A stretch of 64,000 nt of DNA, taken from Dipteris shenzhenensis. Lineage: Eukaryota. A program made the position numbers and the translations under genes. The stretch lies in NCBI GenBank assembly GCA_047967505.1, contig CM106538.1; one strand, written 5' to 3'. The notes under the pieces were generated by a model, which worked only from the letters and a program-made list of their open reading frames with translations, had not been told where the DNA came from and made no database searches. Every line of letters starts with the position of its first letter. Position 1 is the first letter of the stretch. Below, one piece after another: positions 11,901 to 24,632 of this stretch.

Positions 11901-13471
11901 GCACTCAATTCAGGCATGTCTGCATCCAACGTAAACATCCTGCCCTTCTTCTTTCCTTTTGCTATCAAGCGACCGTTATTTTTCATATCCTCAACAAAGC
12001 ATCCATGAGGATTAAATTTAACCTGCAAGCCCTGCTCAACCATTTGACCAACAGAAACCAGGTTCTTGGTGATGTTCGGGACATGAAATACATCAGACAA
12101 GTATTTCTTTTTCCCATCCTGCATAGACAAAGAAATTTTGCCAATCTGCACAATAGGATGTGCAGTATCATCACCAGTCTCCACAAATCCTGGTTTTTTC
12201 ATTTTTCTTGCATCCTCAGTGTGACCTGTCATGTGGTTTGACGCACCCGAGTCAACATACCACACATCATTGCTTTCTTATGCACTTGTTACAGAATTTG
12301 TCATATGCTGCACCATAAACAAATGCTCATTTCTGTCATCGCCCTGTCTACTAGAGGATGCATAATTGCCTTGCTGCAATTTTCCACTCATAATGTCATT
12401 CTGCTTTTTGTAGCAGTCTTTAGCCATATGACCCATTTTGCCACAATAGTAGCATTCAACATTGTTGTTTGCATTTTGGCTTCTCTGCCATCCACCATGG
12501 CCTCTTTGGCTCCCCCTGCCTCTAGAGTTACCACGTCCTCCTGCATAGGACTGGTTTTCTTGCATTTGCTGCATATTCTGATTTCTACCATGGCCTGCAG
12601 ATCGGCCTCCTCTACCTCTGCCTCTACCTCTGCTAGCATTTGAGTAGAAGACAGTTTCTTTTGAAGTTCCTGCTGAAGAAGATGCACCCCCATTTCTCTG
12701 CTCTTCAGAAATTAGAAGAGCAATCAACTCCTCAAAATCAGGAAAGTTTTCACGGACGGCAATGGATGTCCGGAACTGTGCATAATCCTTTCCTAGACTA
12801 TTCAAGGTCACAGAAACTAAATCATCATCATCCACTGGCGACCCAATGGAAGCAAGTGCATCTCCAATTTTCTTCACTTTCATGTGGTAGTCATTTATGC
12901 TCAAATTTTCTCTCTGCACATTGTGCAACTCCTGTTTGAGTTGCATTTTCCTGGCTTGCGTATTTGTGCTATACATTTTTGCCAAAGTATCCCATGCCTC
13001 CTTTGGCGTATTTGCATCCTGAATATGCACAATCATGGAGTCCGAAATACTGATAGACAGCCAGTACATAACTTTCCTGGCTCTCTCATGCCATCCTTTG
13101 AATGCCTGCACATTGTGCAACTCCTGTTTGAGTTGCATTTTCCTGGCTTGCGTATTTGTGCTATACATTTTTGCCAAAGTATCCCATGCCTCCTTTGGCG
13201 TATTTGCATCCTGAATATGCACAATCATGGAGTCCGAAATACTGATAGACAGCCAGTACATAACTTTCCTGGCTCTCTCATGCCATCCTTTGAATGCCTG
13301 CATTTCCTGTTGACTGGGAACATTAGGAAGAACAGGTTCTTCTTCATTTCCTGTAATGAATTCCCAATAGCCTTTTCCCATCAAGAAATTCGTCATTCTA
13401 AATTTCCATGCCTGGAAGTTGTTCTTGTCAAGCTTTTCAGTGACAATCTGTGAAAGAGAATCAGATGCCAT
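8924..13471 (-). pseudogene. gag-pol polyprotein of copy 1, broken into five ORFs
   Basis: [79 protein letters not shown]. Nonsense codon at 12278-12280; frameshifts near 11765, 10080 and 9750. Confidence 0.95.
12914..13302. repeat. Exact 192-bp tandem duplication inside gag
   Basis: CTGCA anchors at 12914, 13106 and 13298; a 64-aa block is repeated in the ORF. Confidence 0.97.
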
Positions 13472-14372
13472 TACAGAACACTGCAAAATATTCTGTCACT
13501 GCAAAAAACATAGCTTTTGCCTCACACGGGCAGATCTGCAAAACCGACGAGAGTGGTATTTTACCACACAGTCACTTCCTAGTGACGATTTTGCATCAAC
13601 AGGCAATAGGCATGAATCTGCAACTCCCAATATCTCTGCACACAGGCATACGATGCAATTTCTGCGGCACCTTTCCACCGACTAGCCGCGCAGTGGTCGT
13701 ACAGCAAAAAATAGGGCCTTTTTCTGAGTGCCTGCGAAGAACTTCCGCCTTCAAAACGGGCCCCGAAACGTCCTCAAATCAGAAAAATAAAGTCACTAAG
13801 GGCCTTGCCCTCTCCCGCAGCATATACTGCGCTCTCGCCACACCGCGAAGGGCGTCTCAATCTGAAACAGTGCACTCCTGCACTTCTGGTTGTGCTACTT
13901 GCAGAGATTTGCTCCCAAACTCGAAATAGGAAAGCAACACTGATCCTCTTACCAGGACACCACGAACTTGGCTTGCTTTCTTGAGCTCCTTACTACGAAC
14001 AAGGCTCTGATACCATGTGAAGATTGTGGGAGAGAGGGAAGGAGTCTCACTTGAGGCTTTCTCACAATCACAATGGGGGAATACACACAAAGGTGGAGGC
14101 TGAAAACAGTTTTCCTCTTCTTAGTTGTGTAAGCCAAAAAAACTCTAGTACAAAGAAATAGAAGAACCCTATATGTGGGTCTCAAACCAAACTCAACTAA
14201 CTAAGGTGGCATACTAACTGAGCCACAAACTATAGTAGATAAGGATAGCTGTCATCCAGCTATTATTCGTGGGCGGTGTACCAACCGCATCTCCAGCTAA
14301 CAAGTCGGTGACATAAGTACACAACGGTCACCCTGGCATATCTCGAGTGGAGCTCGATATCTCAACACCGTG

Positions 14373-14850
14373 CAGTTTGGAGCAAGGTGGAAAGAGCAAT
14401 CCATGTCTCGGGATTCATGTCCCAGTTCAAGCTTTTGAAGAATTGGCGCTGTGCACTTCTGGGGGAGGTGAAAGGCATTCCATCCACGCTCATGGGTGCC
14501 TGGCCGCATATTAGAGCTGCTTTTCTAGTGGCCTTAATGGAAAACACGAAACTGCAGAGCATTCAACTATAGTCAACAGGTGTGCATCTTAGAGCCTAGT
14601 ATCTTAGCAAAGGGCAAAGCCCTCCTATTGGATTTTGCGGTCCTCTTAGCCTCCAATGACCTGATCACCAGTCATTGTCTAGTCTCGGTGGCGGGTAGTT
14701 TAGGTCTGCTTTAAGCGCAGCCGTGCGTGGACGCACGTCCTTAATTCAGCTCCCCCTTCTCATTTTTAGTAATAGGGTCTTTTTTTTGCCATTTTGAGGG
14801 GTTGATCCATCCCTTTTTATATAATATAAGTCGGCTATTTTTTTAAATTA
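14373..14850 (+). pseudogene. LINE 3' end, right piece (ORF2 C-terminus and 3' UTR)
   Basis: In-frame continuation of the zinc finger at 8531-8611, ending in an AT-rich tail. Confidence 0.65.
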
Positions 14851-15342
14851 ATATATATATATATATATGTTCTAGAGAGGCGAGCCTTTTAGGCGGCTCT
14901 AGGGATACATTTGAGTGCCAATTGGGAGAAAAACGTGCGGCGATTGGTGGGGGGGGGTGGATTTAGACATAATAGATTAATTGGAAGATAAGGGCACAAG
15001 GAATAATTAGAGCAAGACTACCAAAATGAATTAACAAAAGGAAATTATGAAACATGGTTAATAAGGTTAGGGAACTAGGACTTTATAATACATTATGGTT
15101 GATTAGGTAGAAAATAACATAAGAATTATGAATAAATACACATATATAGAGACTAGACTAGGACATAACTAAAATAGAAAAAAATAGAAATAAAAAAAGG
15201 AGGGATAAAAAGAAAAAGGGAATGGAATAATAAAGAAAATTTAAGAGGAAAATTTAAAAAATTAAAAATTTGAAAGAAAATTAACAAGAAATTAAAAGAA
15301 AAAATATAGAGAATTTAAGGAATAATAGAGACTAATGCAACT

Positions 15343-15343
<1 letters not shown>

Positions 15344-15396
<53 letters not shown>

Positions 15397-15450
15397 TGTG
15401 TGGGGGGGGATGTGTGTGTGTATGTGAATAGGAAGTGTGTGTGTGTGTAT
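15344..15450. repeat. (GA)n and (GT)n microsatellites
   Basis: Seen directly. Confidence 0.95.
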
Positions 15451-15622
15451 TTGGTGAAACTAAGAACATTATATTATGAAGCAACCATTTTGCAACAGGG
15501 CAGTGCTCTAGAAAAGATCCAATGCCCTATGAAGTAGAAATAGTAAAAGAAAAGTTCAAACCAAGAGATGTCCAAATACTCCTCGTAATGAGGCTCGAAA
15601 GAACTCATAAGGGGACTGAAGA
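15450..15622 (-). mobile_element. Short 5'-truncated copy of the LINE 3' end found at 59490-59690
   Basis: ggtgaaactaagaacattatattatgaagcaaccattttgcaacagggcag aligns with ggtgaaactatgaacatcatattatgaaacaatcattttacaaaagggcag. Confidence 0.8.
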
Positions 15623-15650
15623 GATGTGTGTGTGTGTGAGTTGCCCTCCC

Positions 15651-18600
15651 TGTGAAGATACTGGGAGAGAAGGAAGGAGTCTCACTTATGGCTTTCTCAC
15701 ATACACAATGGGGGAATACACACAAAGGTGGAGGCTGAAAACAGTTTTCCTCTTCTTAGTTGTGAAAGCCAAAAGAACTCAGGTACAAAGAAATAGAAGA
15801 ACCCTATATGTGGGTCTCAAACCAAACTCAGCTAACTAAGGTGGCATATTAACTAAGCCACGAACTAGAGTACATAAGGATAGCTGTCATCCAACTATTA
15901 TTCATGGGCGGTGTTGTACCAACCGCATCTGCAGCTAACAAGTCGGTGACATAAATGCACAACGGTCACCCTGGCATATCACGAGTGGAGCTCGATATCT
16001 CAACACTCCTCCTCGAGCTCAATCCCAATTTCTGCACACTAAGCAGGTCTCTGAACTTGCGCAGCTTCTCTGCGTCTAATGCCTTCGTGAATATGTCAGC
16101 TACCTGATCCTCTGTGTGCTAACATAAACTAGATCAATAAGACCTAGTAAAACCTTATCCCGCACATAGTGATAATGCACCTCAATGTGCTTTGTTCTAG
16201 CATGATAGACTGGGTTATTTGCCAAGTGTATACTGCTCATGTTGCGACAATAAATGACAACTAGCCCATCTATAGACTGATGCATATCATAAATTAGCTT
16301 ATGTAACCAAGCTACCTCACATGCAGTCGTTGCTGCACCCCTGTACTCAACCTCTGTGCTCGACAAGGCAACTGTAGGCTGTTTCTTGCTGCTCCAAGTG
16401 ACTGCAGCACTCCCAAAAGAGAACACATATCCACTGGTAGATCGTCTATCAGAAATACTACTAGCCCAATCAGCATCAGTGTATCCATGCAATTGTATCT
16501 GAACCCCAGTCTCATAAAATAGTCCATACTGCAATGTGGACTTCACATACCTGAGTATGCGTCTAGCCGCATCCAAATGCGGTTTCCTTGGAGCTTGCAT
16601 AAACTGACTTACCAATCCAACAGAGCATAGCTCAAATTTGGCCTGGTAATAGTTATATAAATTAAACTTTCTACTATGTGTCTGTACATAGTAGGGTCTT
16701 CCAGAAGCTCACCTGCATCTGCGCTCAGCTTCACATTCTGCTCCAAAGGAACTGAAATAGGCTTACAGCCTATCATCCCATATTTGGATAGCATGTCCAA
16801 TCCATACTGCCTCTGCAAGAGCCGTATCCCACTTGGTGATCTAATCACCTCAATGCCCAAGAAATAACACAGCTCTCCCAAATCCTTCATCTCAAACTTC
16901 TGCTTCAATAGCATTTTCATATGAAGGATATCTTCATCACTATCACCTGTGATGATCAAATCATCAACATAAATGACAAGCAGCATAATACCTTTCTCTG
17001 TTTTTCTCACATAAAGTGAGAAATTTGCCTTGGAAATCTGAAAGCCAATAGTGACAAGATACTGTCCTATCTTGTCAGACCATGCTCTAGGTGCTTGCTT
17101 CAAGCCATACAAGGATTTCTTCAACCTACAAACAAACTCAGGATGAATAGCATGAACATAACCTGGTGGCTGCTCCATAAAGACCTCTTCTTGCAAATCA
17201 CCATGCAAGAAGGCATTATTTACATCCATCTGATGTAAAGACCATCCCTTTGATGCAGCCATAGCAATGACTACTCTTACGGTTGTCATCCTTGTAACCG
17301 GACTGAATGTTCCTTCATAATCAATGCCATATGTCTATGCATACCCCTTGACAACTAATCTTGCCTTGTGTTTGTTCATAGAACCATCTGCATTGTGCTT
17401 CACCTTATAAACCCACTTACAGCCAATTGCATTCTTGTCTTTAGGCAAAGGCACCAATTCCCATGTAGCAATTGCGTCCAAGGCATCCATTTCTTCGTCC
17501 ATGGCTTTCTTCCATTTTTCTTTTCCCATGGCTTGCTTAAAAGAAGTGGGTTCTGGTTCCTATATCACTTTGACCATATAGGCATAGTGAATGGCTGTAA
17601 ATCATATTTCAAACTATCCACAGGATACCTAGCTCTGGTAAACCTGCGCAAAATAGGCTCACTTCCAAAAGCTCTCAAAACATCCCTGGTCTTCCTTACT
17701 CCAGGTGTAACAACAGAAGGAATACCCAACTCATCATCAATGCTCTGTTCTGAGCCACTGGATTCACCATCCACATAAGAGTGACTGCATTCACATCAAA
17801 CATGGGCTGATCTACCTTCTCTTTTTCTTTTCGTGATACCTGCATACCACTATCTGCATTGCTTTGAGGATCTGTCTGTCCATGGCAAAGTATGTGAACC
17901 ACTGCTAGAGGACTTTGCAGGTCCACTAATATTTTGTGATTGCTGTTGTGAATTCTGTGCAACATTACCATTTTGTGCATCTACATCATCAATCACATTT
18001 ACTAGTTTATACCAGCTGCTCATCTCATCAAAAATAACATCTTTGCTCACTGTAAACTTACGAGTAGAAGGGTTATAGCATCTATACCGTTTCTGCTGCA
18101 GAAAATAACCAATAAAGATGCACTTCTCAGCTTTTGGATCCAACTTGGACCTCAACTCATCTGGCACATGAACATAGGCTTTTCTATTGTAGTCATCAAT
18201 AAAAGTGACAAAATAATGACAGCCTCCAATAGATGCAGCTTTAGTCAACACATCAGAGTGGATTAATTCAAATGGCTTCTTACTCTCTTGAACATGTCTA
18301 GGAAATTGTTTCCTTGCCTGTTTTCCAAATCAATAGGCTTCACATACCTTATGCATTTCTGCAACCTTGAATTTAGGCAATCCTGCAATAATATTTTGGG
18401 CCTACATTGATTTAAGTCGCTGTACATTAACATGACCAATGCGTTTATGCCAGATATCAATATCTACAACTACACCGGTCCCATGTGCAAACATTGCTGC
18501 ACTCTATTCAGGCATGTCCGCATCCAACGTAAACATCCTGCCTTCTTTCCTTTTGCTATCAAGCGACCGTTATTTTTCATATCCTCAACAAAGCATCCAT

Positions 18601-20763
18601 GAGGATTAAATCTCACCTACAAGCCCTGCTCAACCATTTGAGCAACAGAAACCAGATTCTTGGTGATATTCGGGACATGAAATACATCAGACCGGTATTT
18701 CTTTTTCCCATCCTGCGTAGACAAAGGAATTTTACCAATCTGCACAACAATAGGATGTGCAACATCATCACCAGTCTCCACAAATCCTGGTCTTTCCATT
18801 TTTGTTGCATCCTGCATCCATTCTGTATGACCTGTCATATGGTTTGACGCACCTGAGTCAACATACCACACATCATTGCTTTCTTCTGCACTTGTCACAG
18901 AATTGGTCATGTGCTGCACCATAAACAGATGCTCATTTCTGTCATCACTTTGTCTACTAGAAGATGCATAATTCCCTTACTGCAATTTTTCATTCATGAT
19001 GTCATTCTACTTTTTATAGCAGTCTTTAGCCATATGATCCATTTTACCATAGTAGTAGCATTCAACATTGATGTTTACATTTTGGCTTCTCTGCCATCCA
19101 CCACGACCTCTTTGGCTCCCCCTGCCTCTAGAGTTACCACGTCCTCCTCCATAGGACTGGTTTTCTTGAGTTTGCTGCATATTCTAGATTTCTACCACGG
19201 CCTCCAAATCGGCCTGCTCTACCTCTGCCTCTACCTCTTCCAACATTTGAGTAGAAGACAGTTTCTTTTAAAGTTCCTTCTGAAGAAGATGCACCACCAT
19301 TTCTCTGCTTTTCAAAAATTAGAAGAGCAAACAACTTCTCAAAATCAGGAAATTTTTCACGGACGACAATGGATGTCCAGAACTGTGCATAATCCTTTCC
19401 TAGACCATTCAAGGTCACAGAAACTAAATCATCATCTTCCACTGGCGACCCAATGGAAGCAAGTGCATCTGCAATTTTCTTCACCTTCATGTGGTAGTCA
19501 TTGATGCTCATATTTTCTCCCTGCACATTGTGCAACTCTTGCTTGAGCTGCATTTTCCTAGCTTGTGTATTTGTGCTATACATTTTTGCCAAAGTATCCC
19601 ATGCCTCCTTTGGCATACTTGCATCCTGAATATGCACAATCATAGAATCTGAAATACTGATAGACAGCCAGTACATAACTTTTCTGGCTCTCTCATGCCA
19701 TCCTTTAAATTCCTGCATTTCCTGTTGATTGGGAACATTATTCTTCATTTCCTGTGATGAACTCCCAATAGCCTTTTCCCATAAGGAAATTTGTCATTCT
19801 AAACTTTCATGCTTGGAAGTTGTTCTTGTCAAGCTTTTCAATGACAATCTGTGAAAGAGAATTAGACGCCATTACAAAACAGTGCAAAATATTCTGTCAT
19901 TGCAAAAAACACAGCTTCTGCCTCACAAGGGCAAATCTGCAAAACTAACGAAAGTGGTATTTGACCACACAGTCACTTCCTAGTGATGATTTTGCATCAA
20001 CAGGCAATAAGGATGATTCTATAACTCCCAATATCTCTACGCACAGGCATACGATGCAATTTCTGTGGCAACTTTTCACCGACCTGCAGAGCAGTGGTCG
20101 CACAGCAAAAACAGGGCCTTTTTCTCAGTGCTTATGGAGAACTTCCGCCTCCAAAACGGGCCCGGAAATAGCCTCGAATCAGAAAAATAAAGTCACCAAG
20201 GGCTTCGCCTTCTCCCACAGCATATACTGCCCTCTCGCCACACCACGAAGGGCATCTCAATCTGAGACAATGCACTCTTGCACTTTTCGGCTGTGCTACC
20301 TGCAGAGATTTGCTCCCAAACTCGGAATAGGAAAGCAACACTGGTCCTCTTACCAGGACACCGCAAACTTGGTTTGCTTTCTTGAGTCCTTACCATGAAC
20401 CAAGCTCTAATACCATGTGAAGATAGTGGGAGAGAAGGAAGAAGTCTCACTTGCAGCTTTCTCACATACACAATGGGGGAATACACACAAAGGTGGAAGC
20501 TGAAAACAGTTTCCTCTTCTTAGTTGTGAAAGCCAAAAGAACTCAGGTATAAAGAAGAAGAACCCTATATGTGGGTCTCAAACCAAACTCAGCTAACTAA
20601 GGTGGCATACTAACTGAGCCACAAACTAGAGTACATAAGGATAGCTATCATCCAGCTATTATTCATGGGCGGTGTACCAATCGCATTTGCAGCTAACAAG
20701 TCGGTGACATAAATGCACAATAGTCACCATGGCATATCACGAGTGGAGCTCGATATCTCAACA
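15651..20763 (-). mobile_element. Ty1/copia family A copy 2 (older; integrase core deleted)
   Basis: LTRs 15651-16005 and 20416-20763 (~17 substitutions and 3 indels by eye). TSD CTCCC. Mutated PBS 20404-20415. Fragmented gag, PR, IN, RT and RH ORFs. Confidence 0.96.
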
Positions 20764-20819
20764 CTCCCTCCCTTTGTGTGGTTCTCTCTCTGTCTCTCTC
20801 TTTCAAGATAACTTAAAGA

Positions 20820-20888
20820 GTGTACAAGAGAAAGCAATTGGAAGGGTTGGGAATTTCCCAATCCTCCTAATCGCATTCGTTTGTACAC
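20820..20888. repeat. 69-bp fold-back palindrome, copy a
   Basis: gtgtaca...gggttgggaa-t-ttcccaatcc...tgtacac. Confidence 0.85.
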
Positions 20889-20992
20889 GTCTCTCTCTCT
20901 CTCCCTCTCTCTCCCTCTCTCTCTCTCCCTCTCTCTCTCCCTCTCCCCCACCATTTCCCTCCCCCTCTCTTTCCTTCATGATGAGAGAGAGG

Positions 20993-21034
<42 letters not shown>

Positions 21035-21039
21035 GAGAC

Positions 21040-21108
21040 GTGTACAAACGAGTGCGATTAGGAGGGTTGGGAAATTCCCAACCCTCCCAATTGATTTCTC
21101 TTGTACAC
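21040..21108. repeat. 69-bp fold-back palindrome, copy b
   Basis: gtgtaca...gagggttgggaa-a-ttcccaaccctc...tgtacac. Confidence 0.9.
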
Positions 21109-21164
21109 TCTTTAAGGTATCTTGAAAGAGAGAGATATAGAGAGAACCACACTAAGGGAGAGAG

Positions 21165-21512
21165 TGTTGAGATATCGAGCTCCACTCGTGATATGCCAGG
21201 GTGACCATTGTGCATTTATGTTACCGACTTGTTAGCTGCAGATGCGGTTGGTACACCGCCCATGAATAATAGCTGGATGACAGCTATCGTTATGTACTCT
21301 AGTTCGTGGCTCAGTTAGTATGCCACCTTAGTTAGCTGAGTTTGGTTTGAGACCCACATATAGGGTTCTTCTATTTCTTTGTATCTGAGTTCTTTTGGCT
21401 TTCACAACTAAGAAGAGAAAAACTGTTTTCAGCCTCCACCTTTTTGTGTATTCCCCCATTGTGTATGTGAGAAAGCCGCAAGTGAGACTTCTTCCTTCTC
21501 TCGCACTATCTT
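21165..21512 (+). mobile_element. Family A LTR in inverted orientation, last ~4 bp missing; part of an inverted duplication
   Basis: Reverse complement of LTR 20416-20763; the adjacent flank is mirrored too. Confidence 0.92.
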
Positions 21513-21715
21513 TATCTTCCTTCCGTCCCTCTCTCTCTCTCTCCCTTTCTCTCTCTCTCTCCCTTTCTCTCTCTCTCTCTCCCTCCCTCTCCCTCTCCCT
21601 CTCCCCCACCAACTCCCTCCCCCTCTCTTTCCTTCATGATGAGAGAGAGGAGAGAGAGAGAGGGAGAGAGAGGGAGAGAGAGAGAGGAAGAGAGAGAGAG
21701 GGGGAGAGGGAGAAT

Positions 21716-21784
21716 GTGTAAAAATGAACACGATATGGAGGGTTGGAAAATTCCCAACCCTCCATATCTCATTCATTTGTACAC
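21716..21784. repeat. 69-bp fold-back palindrome, copy c
   Basis: Same core, between (GA)n and (CA)n tracts. Confidence 0.9.
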
Positions 21785-21950
21785 CCTCACACACACACAC
21801 ACGCACACACATGGTAGAAGAGGGAGAGGGAGAGGGTGGAAGATCTTGCTGGTGGGAGAGGGAGAGAGGGAGAGTGAGAGAGAGAGAGAGTACATACTAT
21901 GGTAGGAGATGGAGGAGAGGGAGAGAGAAAGAGAGAGGCTTGGTGGGAGG

Positions 21951-21999
<49 letters not shown>

Positions 22000-24495
22000 A
22001 GGGGGAGGGAGAAGGAGAAAGTGTACAAATGAATGCGATATGGAGGGTGACAAAATATGAAGAGGGGAGAAGAGAAGAGTGGAGATGAGGAGAGAGGGCA
22101 CAGCTAGAGAGCACACCACAAATGACTAACTGTACACTAGATTTAGTTGAAAAAATAGTATTCACCTCCTCTGTCTGATCTCATGACCTTGATCTTTCTG
22201 CGTGTCTGGTTTTCTACCATGGCTTTGAATTCTTGAAATCTAGAAAACACTTCAGATTTCTCTTTCAGAAAGTAGACCCAACAATATCTGCCGTAGTCGT
22301 CGATGAAGGTTAAGTAGTAAAGTGAACCATTGATGCTGCAGGTCTGGGCATAACCCCATACATCTGTATGAATCAAATCAAGAATACCTTTTGCATGGGA
22401 GGTACTTCTGACAAAGTTGGTTCGCTTTTGTTTGCCAAAGCAGCATGCTTCACAAACCTTTCCAAGAAACTATAGCTTCGGAATCCCAATTGCCATATTC
22501 TGATTCTTGAGATCTAACAAGTACTTGAAATTGACATGACCATATCTCTTGTGCCATTTTGCAGATAGTGGCATCTGTTGCATTTGAGCTGACATGGCAT
22601 GCTTATCTGGTACTGTAGCTAGCATTATGTATAAGCGTCCTTCCTTGACACCTTTTGCTACTAGTTGACATCTTTTGGATTTGTCTCTGATAATGCATTC
22701 ATCATCGTCAAAGATGACTTTTTAGTTGTGTTCTGTCATTTGACCTACTGACAAAAGGTTCTTGCTGAGCTTCGGAACATAGAGCACATCTTTGACTAAT
22801 CCTTTTGTACCAGTGAAATTGTTCATAGGGATAACACCTGTCCCTTGAACTGGATTCGGTGTATTGTCTGCTGTGTAGACGACATTCTTCTGACCTTCTA
22901 ATGGTTTCATCTCTGTGAACCATTCCTAATGATTTGTCATATGAGATGATGCACCGCTATCGATGTACCAAGGATCTTGTTCCACTTGGTCGACTTGATA
23001 GCTAAAATCCTCTTTGGGATTGAAATCAGTGTCTAGGTGCATTGTCTAGGTGCATTGTATCAGTCTGATGCAATTCCTCGCTTGCAAGAAACATATTTCC
23101 ATGTTCATTTGCAAAATGACTATGACTAGAATGTCTACCACGATGATTTTCTCTTCCTCGGGAATTCCCTCGATTACTGCTGGATTGACCGCCTTGGTCG
23201 TACTGCTTCTTGCGACAATCTCTTTCATAGTGTCCAAACTTGTAACAGTAGTTGCACTGAATGTTTGACACATTGGTGGATGCATTCTCTCGTCCTTGGA
23301 ATCTTCCTTGATTGGAATGATTTCCTCTTTGCTGATTTTGATGTTGCTGAGGATGATGCTGATGCTGATGCTGATTTTGACTTTGATTTTGTTGATGATG
23401 ACCACTTTTCTGGTATGATCTACCTCTGTTTCTACCTTTGCCTCTGCTTTTGTTTGAAGCTGTGAATGCCTCATCATTAGAATGACCTTTATGTGCTTGA
23501 ATGGCCTGAGTCCTGAGTTCTTCACCAAGTAGAACTGACTGAAGTTCTTCCAGTGTTGGAATTTGCTATTGGATGGCAATACTCTGGACTAGATTCTCAT
23601 ATCCTTCTCCTAGTCCATTGAGGATTACTTGAACCATTTCTGCGGGATTCATAGTCTCTCCCACTGCTGCAAGTTGATTGTTGTAGTCTTTGATGCGGAG
23701 TACATAAGCATGACCGGTTTCACTGTTGTTGCGGAAACTCTGGTTGATTTGGTTTCTTAGGGTGAGAATCCTGGATGTGTTCTTGGACTCGTAGAGAGCG
23801 GCGAACATATCCCATGCTTCTTTTGATGTCTTAATTGTGTTGAGTTGTCCTAGCATGACATCTTGCACATTCTGCTTGATCAAGTGATAGGCATACTTGT
23901 CTTTATTATCCCATTCTGCTTGAGCTCGAGTAATGGCAGGATCTGCTACTAGTGCGGAAACTGTTTGTGTAGATGTAGATCCCGATGTAGATTCCGTTGC
24001 TGGTGTTGTGACAATAGATGGAGTAGAGATGGCTAGATCAGCCAATGGTCTAGGTGTAGACCCATCGACATACTCCCATTTGTCCTGAAGCACAAGAATG
24101 GTCTCCATTCGGTATTTCCATGTACCATAATTGGAGTTTTCTAACTTAGCAGATGCCTCCAAATTGAGGTTGCTAGTCGACATGGTGCAAAAAAATGTAC
24201 TCAAAAAGTGTCTTGAAAATCTCTGTATGAATCAACTGCAAATACACTGAAAATGCCAAGTGAAATCTCTGTACCATCGGTGAAGATAGAACTGCAGTAT
24301 ATAAAATCTGATCTATGTTACAAGGCTTGTGGCAATGATGCCGAGAATAGCCAAGAGGCTTTACAAGGCTGAAAAATGATGTGCATGATGCCATGAGATA
24401 GCCAAATAGGCTTTACAGTGGTGGCATGTGTGTGTGAAATCAAATGCTATCTGCCCACTGAATCAATCTGCAATGCCTTTGAACTCTGAAGTCTG

Positions 24496-24632
24496 CTCAC
24501 TAAACTGATGAACATAAGGTTTCAGGTAATGTAATGATGTGAAATCGGATGTGACCATATGGACTGACTCACTAAACTGATGAACGTAAGGTTTCAGGTA
24601 ATGTAATGATGTGAAATCGGATGTGACCATAT
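24496..24632. repeat. 72-bp-period tandem duplication in the family B leader
   Basis: ctcactaaactgatgaa occurs at 24496 and 24568. Confidence 0.92.

Larger units (their letters stand above)
8612..14367 (-). mobile_element. Full-length Ty1/copia LTR retrotransposon, family A copy 1 (young, coding-defective)
   Basis: 352-bp LTRs at 8612-8963 and 14016-14367 with 2 mismatches. TSD CCGTG. PBS 14004-14015. PPT directly inside the 3' LTR boundary. Domain order gag-PR-IN-RT-RH. Confidence 0.98.

Noticed and set aside
12278-12280. Programmed stop-codon readthrough between gag and pol
   Set aside because: Copies 2 and 3 have GAA at this codon, so it is a private nonsense mutation.
13450-13929. Conserved antisense ORF in the copia leader (also 1037-1480 and 19961-20398)
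   Set aside because: Starts and lengths differ, it is frameshifted in other copies, and nucleotide conservation of the leader explains it.
18170-18195. Integrase deletion as a spliced-out intron
   Set aside because: In copy 3 the missing segment starts GT but ends TT, not AG.
21165-21512. Independent solo LTR insertion
   Set aside because: It has no TSD, a truncated end and a mirrored flank, which indicate duplication.
20724-22165. ER/SL dipeptide-repeat ORFs (also near 28150, 30150 and 55750)
   Set aside because: Translations of (GA)n/(TC)n microsatellites.
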